From a virus (lineage: Duplodnaviria; Caudoviricetes), in IMG/VR virus record IMGVR_UViG_3300033075_000275, positions 15,873 to 79,872 of that record: a DNA stretch of 64,000 nucleotides; one strand, written 5' to 3'. The position numbers and the translations under genes are program-made. Below the pieces are notes generated by a model. That model ran no database searches. It saw only the letters and a program-made list of their open reading frames with translations, and was not told where the DNA came from. Of this stretch, positions 53,056-62,489 are shown in pieces (positions within the stretch are counted from its first letter, which is position 1; each line of letters begins with the position of its first letter).

Positions 53056-53510
53056 CACAGCACCCACACAGCAATTCTTCGAATGTCAATGTTAAACTTA
53101 TCATCCATCATCTCAGCAAACTCACTGAACCACTGCACGACAGGGGAGTTGCGGCGAGACTTGGTACTATCAAAGTAGAATTCTACGATTGCCTCGTCCG
53201 CTGCGGCGGAAATGCTTACATCATCCACTGACTCTCCACGCAGACAGGCGACGGCGCAGTATTTTACCGCCTCCTTGACCTTGCTGATATCTGAATTGGT
53301 GAAAAACATTACGCGACTAAAGTCAGGGTTCTCATCTACATAGTCAGGGAATACCGGATATATCCCAACAGCCGACACAGTTTTCACTGCTACATTCGTG
53401 GCATTCAGTCCATCGCGCCTGTCAAGATATTCTCGATATAGTGCTTCAAGGGCCACGCATTCATCAAAGGTGCGCTCTTCGGCTAGATACAGCCATTCCG
53501 TAAACTTCAT
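53055..53510 (-). CDS. Hypothetical protein
   Basis: 151 aa, GGAG RBS. Confidence 0.65.
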   Translation of the reverse strand: MKFTEWLYLAEERTFDECVALEALYREYLDRRDGLNATNVAVKTVSAVGIYPVFPDYVDENPDFSRVMFFTNSDISKVKEAVKYCAVACLRGESVDDVSISAAADEAIVEFYFDSTKSRRNSPVVQWFSEFAEMMDDKFNIDIRRIAVWVL

Positions 53511-53519
53511 TTTTTGCTC

Positions 53520-53738
53520 CTAGTCGTTAGTGATGGGTTCGTATTCCCACCAGCCGTCACGATCAACTACTGCTCCAATAACTTCATCATCGAAGCAAAC
53601 GCTTATCTCACCAGCCCCCAGGGTAAAACTTCCGGCTCCGGCAGGCCTCTTTATGTCATCTAGTTTTTCTAGATGCTCGATGATGGCAGCAACGAATGTC
53701 AATAGATCGGGGGTTAGCCCTAGGTTCTTATGTCTCAT
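53520..53738 (-). CDS. Hypothetical protein
   Basis: 72 aa. Confidence 0.55.
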   Translation of the reverse strand: MRHKNLGLTPDLLTFVAAIIEHLEKLDDIKRPAGAGSFTLGAGEISVCFDDEVIGAVVDRDGWWEYEPITND

Positions 53739-53753
53739 GGTGCTAGTCTACTC

Positions 53754-53981
53754 CTACTGGTCGATGCTGTCAAGGGTTTCTATGGTGGGGCATGGCCATC
53801 TAAATCCACAGTGCTTGCACATGTTTCTAGATGGTATCTCATAGTGAAGGTCGTACAGTTGCTCTACCCGCGCAATTACATCCATCGCTGCAATAGCAAG
53901 GTAGTGTTCTGGCGTGCCCTCTGGATTTACTCGCTGAACCCACCAGGCATCCTCAGATGCATAATGATACTTTCTGTTCAC
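53754..53981 (-). CDS. Hypothetical protein with LHYE..C.HC...WPC.T motif
   Basis: GTG start in GTGA overlap. Confidence 0.55.
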   Translation of the reverse strand: MNRKYHYASEDAWWVQRVNPEGTPEHYLAIAAMDVIARVEQLYDLHYEIPSRNMCKHCGFRWPCPTIETLDSIDQ

Positions 53982-54472
53982 GGCTTCACCATGTTCTCTG
54001 TGAAAGAATACTCTATAGTGTGCGAAGGCCAAAAGTAATTACAACTGCGACAGCAGACATAATTCCTAAATTTCTTGAACTCTTGAAGAAATTGAGGATA
54101 CTGTTCAGGAGATTTTTCATAAAGCCTTCCTCTGTGAGTGATTTTGATACGGTCGTCGTGAATCCAGGGCGGCGGAATATCGTCGTGCCAGTCGTGATAA
54201 TTGGCATCCATGAGGTCTGTTATGGCTCCGCGATATGTATTTCTGTATCCACGTCGTTCTACCTCATCAATGATGGCGTTTGTGTATAAATAGAGATAAC
54301 CCTCCGACCCCGCCCACATTTTTACTGCCGGATGATTACGCCAGCCCTTAGTCAGTCCAGCATTGATGCGTAGGATTTGATATGCCTCTACAGCCTGTTT
54401 GAGTAGTCTTTGTCTGTCTAATGTTTCGGCGGTGGACTTAAAATCAATGCCGTGTGGGAGAAATGTCTGCAC
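53978..54472 (-). CDS. Pyrimidine-dimer DNA glycosylase / endonuclease V family
   Basis: MQTFLP...LDRQRL.KQAVEAYQIL...W.NHPAVKMW.G. Confidence 0.8.
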   Translation of the reverse strand: MQTFLPHGIDFKSTAETLDRQRLLKQAVEAYQILRINAGLTKGWRNHPAVKMWAGSEGYLYLYTNAIIDEVERRGYRNTYRGAITDLMDANYHDWHDDIPPPWIHDDRIKITHRGRLYEKSPEQYPQFLQEFKKFRNYVCCRSCNYFWPSHTIEYSFTENMVKP

Positions 54473-54636
54473 TTACGAACCATCCTTCGCATCTGCACTG
54501 TGGATAGTCACAGGCCAGAATTGCGCGGTCGCCGTGACAGTGGACAGTGTGACCACAGATAGTACATCTTGGGGGTCTTTTTGCATCATGAGTGAGTGGC
54601 TCTTTTGTGTGAGTACGCCCCTCACCCATAATTAAC

Positions 54637-54930
54637 TTATGCCTTGTCGTCAGCGTGTTCATGCTGTACCGACTGGCCAACGAAAACACGCAGGTCGCTC
54701 AGCGAATAGGCGATTGTCTGTAGAATTCCGATAAGTGCGAGTCTGAATTCTCTGTCCAATGCCTCTCCATGCGACTTCGGATTTGCCAGCGGCAGGTTCG
54801 GATTCTTTTCTGAGAATTCCTGGTGAGCGGCTGCATAGCGACCAACAATGCTATTGATGTATGCAAGCATATCGAATTCTTGTGGTTCTCCCGTTTCCTC
54901 GGCGGGAACGGTGTCAGGCTGATCTGTCAT
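54637..54930 (-). CDS. Hypothetical protein
   Basis: 97 aa, AAGGA RBS. Confidence 0.6.
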   Translation of the reverse strand: MTDQPDTVPAEETGEPQEFDMLAYINSIVGRYAAAHQEFSEKNPNLPLANPKSHGEALDREFRLALIGILQTIAYSLSDLRVFVGQSVQHEHADDKA

Positions 54931-55192
54931 GTTGATCCTTTATCCTATTTGATAGCAGAGCGGCCAGCCCCGACGCATCATGCGCCAGAGCCACGCTCAG
55001 TTCTTTGTCATCAGTCATGATAGCATTTTTGAAGTATGTAGTCAAGAGCGCCAGTAAATCATCATTACTCACTGCATCATGGTGATAGAGCATGTGACTG
55101 TCCATCTTGCGATTGACTTCGTTTATGTCAATATTGCCATCGGCGGTGAAGTAGACGATATCACTACACACCTGGCATGTCACAGAGTACAT
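54914..55192 (-). CDS. Hypothetical Zn-finger protein
   Basis: CQVC...H...H. Confidence 0.55.
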   Translation of the reverse strand: MYSVTCQVCSDIVYFTADGNIDINEVNRKMDSHMLYHHDAVSNDDLLALLTTYFKNAIMTDDKELSVALAHDASGLAALLSNRIKDQHDRSA

Positions 55193-55262
55193 CGGTTTCC
55201 TATCTAGAAAAAATACAGAGCCCCTATTAATTGGGGGTGGTTAGATTGGACCCCCTATTAAT

Positions 55263-55684
55263 TTAGACGGGCGTTCTAGCCTCTTGCGAAAAATCAACGT
55301 ACCATTCCCCGCACTCGCTGTCATAAAAAACTTCTGCCAAGATAGTACCTACCTCATTGGCTACCTGAATGGAGGCATCATAAATTTCATGGTCACTGCC
55401 ACTATTCAGTTGTGAAGCCGCTTGCACAATATTTAGCAAATGCTCCAATTCGTATTCTGTCAACGAACGATCCAACTTCTCCTGATATGTCATTCGTCTA
55501 CCTCGCTTCTGTACAGTTGAATTAGAAATACGTCTCCATCGACCTCGACATAGCCTATAAGGCTGTCGTCATAGTCTACGTGAACCTGGACTTCCCGCCC
55601 CCTAAGTTTCAGATCAAAGTCTGTGATGGGGAACTCGTCTGTATCAATCGGAAAATTGTCATTGATCGTGACGATGTGTGCCAT
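55263..55684 (-). CDS. Two small acidic proteins (55490-55684 and 55263-55493)
   Basis: ATGA-coupled ORFs of 64 and 76 aa. Confidence 0.6.
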
Positions 55685-55687
55685 TGC

Positions 55688-55861
55688 TCAACCCTTCGAA
55701 ACTCTGTATTTATGTCTGATCTGTGGCCTGACCCCGGCCTTGACCAATGCCTGATAGGCCTGGCCGTATTGATTCTCTACACCCTGGGCGGACTTACCGA
55801 AAGCATCCCGGCGCCGCTTGGTAAGCGCAGCGAAATCACGCTCTAGGTTTTCTGCATTCAT
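55688..55861 (-). CDS. Small basic protein
   Basis: MNAENLERDFAALTKRRRD...YQALVKAGVRPQIRHKYR; ATGA overlap. Confidence 0.6.
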   Translation of the reverse strand: MNAENLERDFAALTKRRRDAFGKSAQGVENQYGQAYQALVKAGVRPQIRHKYRVSKG

Positions 55862-56157
55862 GCTGTCTCCAATGCATCAATAATGCCAGTGTGTGTCCTG
55901 GCTTTGATTTCGTTCACTACCTTACCATGCTTCATCACATAGACGGTTGGTACTGACTTGATACTATACTCTTCCAGATCGAACCTGTCAAGGGTATCTA
56001 TGTCGATGATATAAAAATCTTTGTCGGGCAGCATAACGGCAGCCTTGGCAAACTGTGGCTTCAATTGTTTGCACGGCCCGCACCATGTAGCAGTAAATGC
56101 TACCACGGCCTCTGGCCGTTGCTTTATCTTCTCTATACTTGTGTCTGTGCTTAACAT
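55858..56157 (-). CDS. Thioredoxin
   Basis: FTATWCGPCK, IKSVPT. Confidence 0.92.
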   Translation of the reverse strand: MLSTDTSIEKIKQRPEAVVAFTATWCGPCKQLKPQFAKAAVMLPDKDFYIIDIDTLDRFDLEEYSIKSVPTVYVMKHGKVVNEIKARTHTGIIDALETA

Positions 56158-56164
56158 ACGTTCC

Positions 56165-56458
56165 TCAATTCAATGCAATTTTTTGGCACGAAGGGCATGG
56201 CCACCACGCCAACGTCAATGCCTCGGTAGAGATTGTAACACACCACTGATTGTCTCTGTCCAATTCTACAACATTATACATACGCTGCTTCGTGTCAATA
56301 AGCGTTTCTGGCCTGATTTCACGCAAGGGCAGGAATCTTTTGCAGGTTTCGATGAACATATCTATGGATTGGATTGGATCGTATGACACAGAATCTCCGA
56401 TAACAGCATCGGTAATCGCCATGACGTGCCAGTGATCAATGGAGGTCATTAATGTCAC
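56165..56458 (-). CDS. Hypothetical protein
   Basis: 97 aa, C-terminal CPSC. Confidence 0.55.
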   Translation of the reverse strand: MTLMTSIDHWHVMAITDAVIGDSVSYDPIQSIDMFIETCKRFLPLREIRPETLIDTKQRMYNVVELDRDNQWCVTISTEALTLAWWPCPSCQKIALN

Positions 56459-56765
56459 TCTTTCCTAACTTGAGGGCGAGTTGTACCAGGACTTCGTTCA
56501 ATTCACGCTTCACGTCGAAATACTTTTCACGCATGGCGTCCAACTCTTTCTGTACTCTGTCAGTCTCAGCCTTGGCATCGTCCAACTCCTGACGCATCGC
56601 AGCCAGGTCTTTTCTAAGTTCATCACGATAAGCGGCGTCTAAATCAGACTTTGCTTTCGATCTGTTCAGAAACCACTCTACTGTTTTAAGCCCGACTCCA
56701 CCAGATAATGTACCAATTAGGGCTATCCATGCACTATCTATCTCCATGCTCACGTCCACAGGCAA
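56436..56765 (-). CDS. Single-TM protein with coiled coil (holin-associated candidate)
   Basis: AWIALIGTLSGGVGLK followed by heptad-rich region. Confidence 0.6.
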   Translation of the reverse strand: MPVDVSMEIDSAWIALIGTLSGGVGLKTVEWFLNRSKAKSDLDAAYRDELRKDLAAMRQELDDAKAETDRVQKELDAMREKYFDVKRELNEVLVQLALKLGKSDINDLH

Positions 56766-57162
56766 GATGCAGATGCAACGAGGCGCAGATTAGTGATAGT
56801 CCAAGTGTTGTCGTCCAGAACAACGGACTGATATCACCGGCCTCAATTGCCAGTATGCTGAGAAATAGGAATAACGCAAAGCCAGAAAATGTACCATATC
56901 GTCTAAATCTATACGAATACGGACACTTCATGAAGTATAGCCCGATTATTATGGCACTGCCGGTTACTATTTCAATCGTGCCAAATATAATTTCAGTGTA
57001 CGGGGAGTTCACGAAATTAAGGATACCATTTTGATACGGAATGCTGTAGTGTGGGGATATAGAAATTACCCCTTGCAGCAACAGTATGATGGCAACAATG
57101 AGTTCTGTGATATGTTCTGCTGTCGGCAGAATCCGCTTCACTTTCTGTTTAAATACCATCAT
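56734..57162 (-). CDS. Four-TM membrane protein (holin candidate)
   Basis: Four hydrophobic segments; leaderless TATAAT promoter. Confidence 0.55.
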   Translation of the reverse strand: MMVFKQKVKRILPTAEHITELIVAIILLLQGVISISPHYSIPYQNGILNFVNSPYTEIIFGTIEIVTGSAIIIGLYFMKCPYSYRFRRYGTFSGFALFLFLSILAIEAGDISPLFWTTTLGLSLICASLHLHLACGREHGDR

Positions 57163-57183
57163 ACTGCCATTATACTATAAATG

Positions 57184-57429
57184 TTATTTCAATAGATCGG
57201 CGGCTATGATAGGATCACCGATATATCGTTGGCGGGGCACCAGGAACCGCTTTACAGCGTCTACCCCTGATTGTCTACCAACCAAAATAATGATCCAACG
57301 TGGTTCGTAGTGCGCGCTTATGCATTCCTCACACATAACCAGCGTCATATCCTTGATCAGATATGAACGCTTGGCCCGCAACCGATGCTTGGGCCTGCCG
57401 CACGACTGACACACTCCATTAACACTCAT
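57184..57429 (-). CDS. Zn-binding hypothetical protein
   Basis: CQSC...CEEC...EPRWIIILVGR. Confidence 0.7.
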   Translation of the reverse strand: MSVNGVCQSCGRPKHRLRAKRSYLIKDMTLVMCEECISAHYEPRWIIILVGRQSGVDAVKRFLVPRQRYIGDPIIAADLLK

Positions 57430-57570
57430 GCTTCATCCAACATTTCATAATCTTCTGGCTCTAGCCATTCGAAGTATTCATCGCCATCTACCATCCAGAA
57501 CACATAGGCCTCTCCACTTGGCAACAACCGTAGAACAACACCAATTTCTGATTCCTCTACAATGCATACG

Positions 57571-57816
57571 TCATACCGATTTTGGTGGGTCACCGGCTAC
57601 GCCTCCTAGTTCTGCTCGGATGCCCATGGCAGCCAGCATGGACTTTATCTTTACCATGTAAAGCACCGCGTCCTGCTGCACATTGTCTGGCATGGCCATG
57701 ATTTCATTCGCATACACACGCAACTCTAGATAGTCGGGATGCTCCACAACGTCCATTGTAAAATGCTTTGGCTTTTTGACCTCGCGGATCATCTTGGCAA
57801 CTGCTTTGCTATACAT
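57571..57816 (-). CDS. Hypothetical protein
   Basis: 81 aa. Confidence 0.65.
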   Translation of the reverse strand: MYSKAVAKMIREVKKPKHFTMDVVEHPDYLELRVYANEIMAMPDNVQQDAVLYMVKIKSMLAAMGIRAELGGVAGDPPKSV

Positions 57817-58126
57817 AAAGTGCTTCTAACCTCTTCCAAGTCTCTGATGTTTTGTGTGCATTGAATTTCTTGTCGGCCTTACCGTTATTCAAATATACCC
57901 CACCGAATACGCCGGTGCTTTTCGTAGCGACTCCATAGCCTCCACAATACTTTATGACGGGGCAGGCCAAGCACATATTGTCGGCCTGCTCCGCCACAAC
58001 TCTGTCCGTTTCGTAGTCATCAAAGAATATATTGTACAGATTTGTTGGCATTCCACGGCAGGCGGCAAGGTGGTGCCACTCTACATCGCCCTCGTCTACT
58101 CCTAATATCTCTAGAATGTTTACCAT
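57809..58126 (-). CDS. whiB: WhiB-family transcription factor (second)
   Basis: WHHLAACRG...FF...CLACPV..YC...GVFGG. Confidence 0.85.
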   Translation of the reverse strand: MVNILEILGVDEGDVEWHHLAACRGMPTNLYNIFFDDYETDRVVAEQADNMCLACPVIKYCGGYGVATKSTGVFGGVYLNNGKADKKFNAHKTSETWKRLEALYV

Positions 58127-58138
58127 GACTACTCCATG

Positions 58139-58363
58139 TCAAGAATGATTGACATACTGCAACGGCACTCTCCATGTACCATCTGATCTGAGGGGGTAAA
58201 TGAACTGAATTCCCCACGATCCATTTTCGAACGTGCCTCGCCTGTCTGTATATCCACTAGCATCCCTTCGCCATGTTACGATATCCCAGCCGCGCCACTT
58301 CAAAAAGCGGTTGCCATTGACAACCTTGTGCGCGGCATCATAATCTAGTGTAACATACTTCAT
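58139..58363 (-). CDS. Hypothetical protein
   Basis: 74 aa Trp-rich, AAGGAG RBS. Confidence 0.7.
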   Translation of the reverse strand: MKYVTLDYDAAHKVVNGNRFLKWRGWDIVTWRRDASGYTDRRGTFENGSWGIQFIYPLRSDGTWRVPLQYVNHS

Positions 58364-58379
58364 GGGATTTCTCCTTTAT

Positions 58380-59162
58380 TTATTGGTGATAAACGTGATG
58401 TGGTGGCAAACTTAGTACAGTATAAGAAATCTCTCCGTCGCTAAAGTCTATAACTGCGGCGTTCCTAAAATCCCCGCCCCATTCGGCAGCACCGGCAGGG
58501 TTACACGACAGACTCAGAACATCACAGTCTCCAAACTTGTACTCTACATTACGATGGTAGTGTCCGTGCGCCCAAAATCTCGGCGCCAATTCTGACCCAA
58601 CCATGGTCATCAATTCGCGGTGGCTTTCTGAGGCATGGTCGTCATTAATAAAACCCTCCCGCATCGGCATCGTGGTCGGTGCATCATGAGTCAGCAGCAC
58701 GTCCACAGGGCCGCTCTCGGAAATCGTCCAGGCGTCCTTTAGGCTCAGTTGCTCGTCGGCCCACCACGAAATATACTCCTGCCTGTATTCTCTGTCAATA
58801 GAGACAGCACCGCCAGCGGAAGCAAACGATACCCCATCCCACTCCCAGCGATTAATCTTGCCAGAATAGGCAATATTGCTACGGACAATAAAAAACCCAT
58901 CATCACTAATCAGACAGTCCTCTTCAAAGCCTGCCAACTGTGTGTAATCCTCATGATTTCCGGGGAGGAAATAGATGGTGACAGACTTGTCATGAGCATA
59001 GTCATTGATAGTATTCAGAAAGTGCTGCCCACCCTGGCCCGGCCAAATGCCGAAGTCGCCTAGAACAAACAGTCTATCTATGTGGTGTTCAACACAGATA
59101 TCAACGGCGGCGTTAATATAAGCAGCATCACCGTGGCTGTCACCAGCCAGCAGAATCTTCAT
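58380..59162 (-). CDS. Metallophosphoesterase (calcineurin-like)
   Basis: GDSHG, LGDFG, PGNHE, LTHDAP, HGHYH. Confidence 0.9.
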   Translation of the reverse strand: MKILLAGDSHGDAAYINAAVDICVEHHIDRLFVLGDFGIWPGQGGQHFLNTINDYAHDKSVTIYFLPGNHEDYTQLAGFEEDCLISDDGFFIVRSNIAYSGKINRWEWDGVSFASAGGAVSIDREYRQEYISWWADEQLSLKDAWTISESGPVDVLLTHDAPTTMPMREGFINDDHASESHRELMTMVGSELAPRFWAHGHYHRNVEYKFGDCDVLSLSCNPAGAAEWGGDFRNAAVIDFSDGEISYTVLSLPPHHVYHQ

Positions 59163-59349
59163 CGGCTTCCTCTACGTGTCCATCATAGACGTGCCATGGC
59201 ACATCTATACTTCCAGTGGATAGAATAACAATCATTTTTTGATATGCCTTGTCCGGATAAACGTCCCAGGCAAGGGGGTCGTACAGCCCGACCTCATCGG
59301 GCCTACAATCGTAAGCATACCATAGGTGGCCCTGCTTGACAAGGATCAT
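59140..59349 (-). CDS. Hypothetical protein
   Basis: 69 aa. Confidence 0.55.
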   Translation of the reverse strand: MILVKQGHLWYAYDCRPDEVGLYDPLAWDVYPDKAYQKMIVILSTGSIDVPWHVYDGHVEEADEDSAGW

Positions 59350-59350
59350 C

Positions 59351-59746
59351 TCAGTTGAACTCCAACACTTTTATCTTGGCTGCTCGGGCTCGCGCCGCAC
59401 AGTCTTTCGTTCCCCGTGAATTCGGGGCTAGAAAGGCAACACATATGTCTGCACCAGCATCAACCATTTCTTGATTTCTGATTGGTCCCGCCCCCTTGCC
59501 ATACTTATTCCAATTGGCAGGGTGTACTTCTTCCTTAATGGTATATCCATGGCCAGCGAAATAACTGCGGGTATTGACAACAAAGTCGGCGGCTAAAGAG
59601 TCAGCGCCTCTCGCCCCACCATGGACAATAGTAATTGTCTTGTCATCCTTAAACTTGGTTGACAGTTCATCAATTGCCACCGTCAAGCCGCGTATCACCT
59701 TGTTATAGTCGCTCCAATGGCGACTTCCCGTTACTAGAATCCTCAT
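59351..59746 (-). CDS. SLOG-family (DUF2493/YspA-like) protein
   Basis: ILVTGSR, VHGGARGAD, HPANW..YGK.AGPIRNQEM, SRGT. Confidence 0.85.
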   Translation of the reverse strand: MRILVTGSRHWSDYNKVIRGLTVAIDELSTKFKDDKTITIVHGGARGADSLAADFVVNTRSYFAGHGYTIKEEVHPANWNKYGKGAGPIRNQEMVDAGADICVAFLAPNSRGTKDCAARARAAKIKVLEFN

Positions 59747-59757
59747 AGCATCCTCTC

Positions 59758-59901
59758 CTAGACTATCTTGGCAGACACTATTTCTAGACAATCCTCCATA
59801 GGGCCGGGGCCAACATAGTCAAGCACTAAAGTTTTTGCATCTTCCTTGTCAAGAGCAGTGGCCTTGACTTTAAGTGTTACCGTGAAGGTAAATTCTTCCA
59901 T
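59758..59901 (-). CDS. Small leaderless protein
   Basis: MEEFTFTVTLKVKATALDKEDA...; TGgTATACT 6 nt upstream. Confidence 0.6.
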   Translation of the reverse strand: MEEFTFTVTLKVKATALDKEDAKTLVLDYVGPGPMEDCLEIVSAKIV

Positions 59902-59937
59902 GTGACTAGTATACCATTGTCGGCCTAGGCGTGCTTG

Positions 59938-60195
59938 TCATAGCCAATCCAATGTTCCCTTAATAGCACTTCGTACATCACGGATTGCTACCAATCCAGT
60001 ATAATAATAACCTTCTTCCTGACGAGCAGTTTCATCCAATAACTTTCTGACTCGCACCACGGCATTGCCATACTCGATTAATTCTTCAAACAGTTTACGA
60101 CTAACACGCACGATTTCAGTATCAGGTGGATCAAAAGCAATCGCCACCTGACCATCAGGCAGTAGTGTACAAAGACCTTCACCAAGAGAACTCAT
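59938..60195 (-). CDS. Hypothetical protein
   Basis: 85 aa, ATGA overlap. Confidence 0.6.
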   Translation of the reverse strand: MSSLGEGLCTLLPDGQVAIAFDPPDTEIVRVSRKLFEELIEYGNAVVRVRKLLDETARQEEGYYYTGLVAIRDVRSAIKGTLDWL

Positions 60196-60584
60196 AATTT
60201 TCTCCTATCAATATCTTTAGCAAGACAGTCGTCGCACAGCGTTACAAGCCAGCGATTGATAGTCCGAAGGCTGCCAGGATTACCGCAACGTTCACAGATA
60301 TCTTGCGACTTTTGCTCATACAGATTGACTAGCCTGTCAATTTCCCAAGCCTTTTCAGGATCAAGCATCCGGTCATCTTCATAATAGAAGCGTAGACCAC
60401 CAAACTTTTCCTTGATCTGTACAATTCTGAATGGAACACCAGTCTTTACCAATTCATCAAACAGTTCATTGACCAGACCGATCCATCCCTCATCCACTGC
60501 TATACAGTGGGGCCACCCCGCCTCCCAATATGGCATCATTTTTTGTTCTAGTGTTGCCCTATCCATGTTGTCTCCTGTACTCAT
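60192..60584 (-). CDS. Hypothetical protein (QIKEKFGGLRFY family)
   Basis: EGW..LV...QIKEKFGGLRFY...CERCG...TLC..C. Confidence 0.75.
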   Translation of the reverse strand: MSTGDNMDRATLEQKMMPYWEAGWPHCIAVDEGWIGLVNELFDELVKTGVPFRIVQIKEKFGGLRFYYEDDRMLDPEKAWEIDRLVNLYEQKSQDICERCGNPGSLRTINRWLVTLCDDCLAKDIDRRKL

Positions 60585-61086
60585 ACATTACGATACCGCT
60601 TGCGGTACCCACGTTCAGGCTACGGACTGATCCGAACTGTGGGATATAGATAAGGTCATCACAATAACTCTTAGCCTCTTCCGACAGCCCGCGCTGTTCC
60701 TCACCAAAGATAAACAGAGTGCGAGGGATCAATGGATAGTCGTAGATTGACTTGGCCGATGCAATATTGTCAACGCCCAGCCAGTCATAGCCCACATAAT
60801 CCCCGGGCGGGTCGGCAAAAAAGTGAGCGACCGCCCCCCAATCAGGAAAGTGACGTATATGCTCGTAGTGATGAGTGCCCACAGCACCACGCTTGTCCCA
60901 TTTCTTATCCCCGACGAACCAAATTTCTCTACCCAGGAAGGCATTGTGGTTGCGTACTCCGGTTGCCTTGTTAAAGTCACCACTCAGATTCTCAAATACT
61001 GAGATAAATTGTCCGCGGTGAGTGTCAAGATCACCGCGAATGGCATCAACCTCCCACCACTGATAATAGTCGATGACATTATTCAT
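60559..61086 (-). CDS. TrmH/SpoU-family RNA 2'-O-methyltransferase
   Basis: N..T..R, FIFGEEQRGL, IYIPQFGSVRSLNVGTA SPOUT motifs. Confidence 0.88.
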   Translation of the reverse strand: MNNVIDYYQWWEVDAIRGDLDTHRGQFISVFENLSGDFNKATGVRNHNAFLGREIWFVGDKKWDKRGAVGTHHYEHIRHFPDWGAVAHFFADPPGDYVGYDWLGVDNIASAKSIYDYPLIPRTLFIFGEEQRGLSEEAKSYCDDLIYIPQFGSVRSLNVGTASGIVMYEYRRQHG

Positions 61087-61435
61087 TGGGCATCATTTAC
61101 CAGGGCGGCGGCTACCGTCTCCACGATAAGCGTAAGCGGGTATGCCAAATCTTCCGGGTGGTATGTCTGATCCAGTTTCATGTTCATAACTCTAGGGATA
61201 ACATCTTTGGCACAGTTTGCAACAAGATCAATGAAATCACTAGTAGAAATACGTGTCATTTTCCGATCAACCTCAACCCAATCTTGGCAATAAAATACAC
61301 ACAGAAGCCTAGTACCATCCCCGCCACAAACGTCAAAATCTTGTAAGCGGTCGGTGGCCACATATCTATGATCATTGGTACAAGCAGTAAGAATATTACG
61401 AATCCAACTAAGAAATAACCCATAAAACGCTTCAC
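61083..61435 (-). CDS. Two coupled small genes: two-TM protein (61256-61435) and hypothetical (61083-61259)
   Basis: GTGA/ATGA overlaps. Confidence 0.5.
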
Positions 61436-62079
61436 AACTGCTCCATAATCTGTTCTCCAATGTGCCTGGTATACGCAGGCGGGAAACCTTCCTTCAAGGA
61501 GTTCCATGGAATTTCCCTGGTGACTCCCATTACCTCCCGGCCATGCTCAACATTGCGGGCTGTTCTGCCGCCCTGTGGAATATTGTCAGAAGGCACATGA
61601 TACACGCCCCAGGGTCGCCCCTGCTCCTTATGCTTGCATCCCGAGCCAACAAGATCAAAGTCGTCGGATAGGAACAGACGGTGCCTACGGACGCCAAGAC
61701 CATATGCCGAACCGCACTCGATAACGGCATTCTCCATACCAGGAGCGCCCGGCACATTCTCAACTACATAGGGAACGTCAAGTTCGCGGAGAAGTTCTAG
61801 AGTCGGGGTCAGCAGATCGAGATACTTAGATGTTCCGCCCTGAGCATCACGCAAATGCTTGGCCCGCGTGTGAGCCTGGCATGGTGGGCTGGCGTGGACA
61901 AACGCGACACTACTAAGATCAATATTCTTCAAGATAGCCAGCGCATCAGCCTGTACAAAAGCATATGGATAATGTGGCTGTGGGTTGATATCAACACCGA
62001 TCACATCAAATCCCGCTTGAACGTATCCATCGGAAGCCATACCGGCTCCGCAGAACAAGTCAATTACGAGCGGCTTCAT
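61432..62079 (-). CDS. C5 DNA cytosine methyltransferase
   Basis: IDLFCGAG, HASPPCQ, VVENV, RRHRLF motifs; AAAGG RBS. Confidence 0.88.
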   Translation of the reverse strand: MKPLVIDLFCGAGMASDGYVQAGFDVIGVDINPQPHYPYAFVQADALAILKNIDLSSVAFVHASPPCQAHTRAKHLRDAQGGTSKYLDLLTPTLELLRELDVPYVVENVPGAPGMENAVIECGSAYGLGVRRHRLFLSDDFDLVGSGCKHKEQGRPWGVYHVPSDNIPQGGRTARNVEHGREVMGVTREIPWNSLKEGFPPAYTRHIGEQIMEQL

Positions 62080-62096
62080 TGTTTGCCTTTCTATTG

Positions 62097-62358
62097 TGGA
62101 GTAGGAGGGAATCGAACCCTCGTCCAATGATGTTCAAATTCTAGCAGTTACAACGATGCACTAGCGTTTGTAACAATTGTGTAACAATTTAGTACGGCCT
62201 GACCTTTATTGACGGGGTGGTGGTCAGGAACCCCGGCACTTGCCTATGCTGCGAGTGCTAGTTGAGATTGATTTGCATTTATTGTGTTGTGACTGATTGA
62301 GTCAGTCAGGCTCGTTGCCGCTTCGATCATAGCATCACTGTCGAAACCTGTCTACCCC
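62097..62358 (-). ncRNA. ssrA: tmRNA (compact, 262 nt), tag ANQSQLALAA
   Basis: 5' GGGGTAGACAGGTTTCGAC; G3.U70 acceptor GGGGTAG/CTACTCC; T arm GGGTTCGATTCCC; tag ORF 62244-62276 after ATAAAT. Confidence 0.93.
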
Positions 62359-62363
62359 TTGCG

Positions 62364-62448
62364 TGCCCAAGGCGGGGGTCGAACCCGCACGTCCTTGTGA
62401 GACAATAGTTTTTGAGACTATCGCGTCTACCTGTTCCGCCACTCGGGC
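62364..62448 (-). tRNA. tRNA-Leu(CAA)
   Basis: ATAGT-CTCAAAA-ACTAT, long variable arm. Confidence 0.92.
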
Positions 62449-62458
62449 TTGTCCTCCA

Positions 62459-62487
62459 ATTATAGGGCATCAATAGCAGCCTGTCAA
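62459..62487 (-). promoter_or_regulatory. Perfect promoter TTGACA-17-TATAAT for tRNA-Leu/tmRNA
   Basis: Exact consensus. Confidence 0.92.
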
Positions 62488-62489
62488 GG

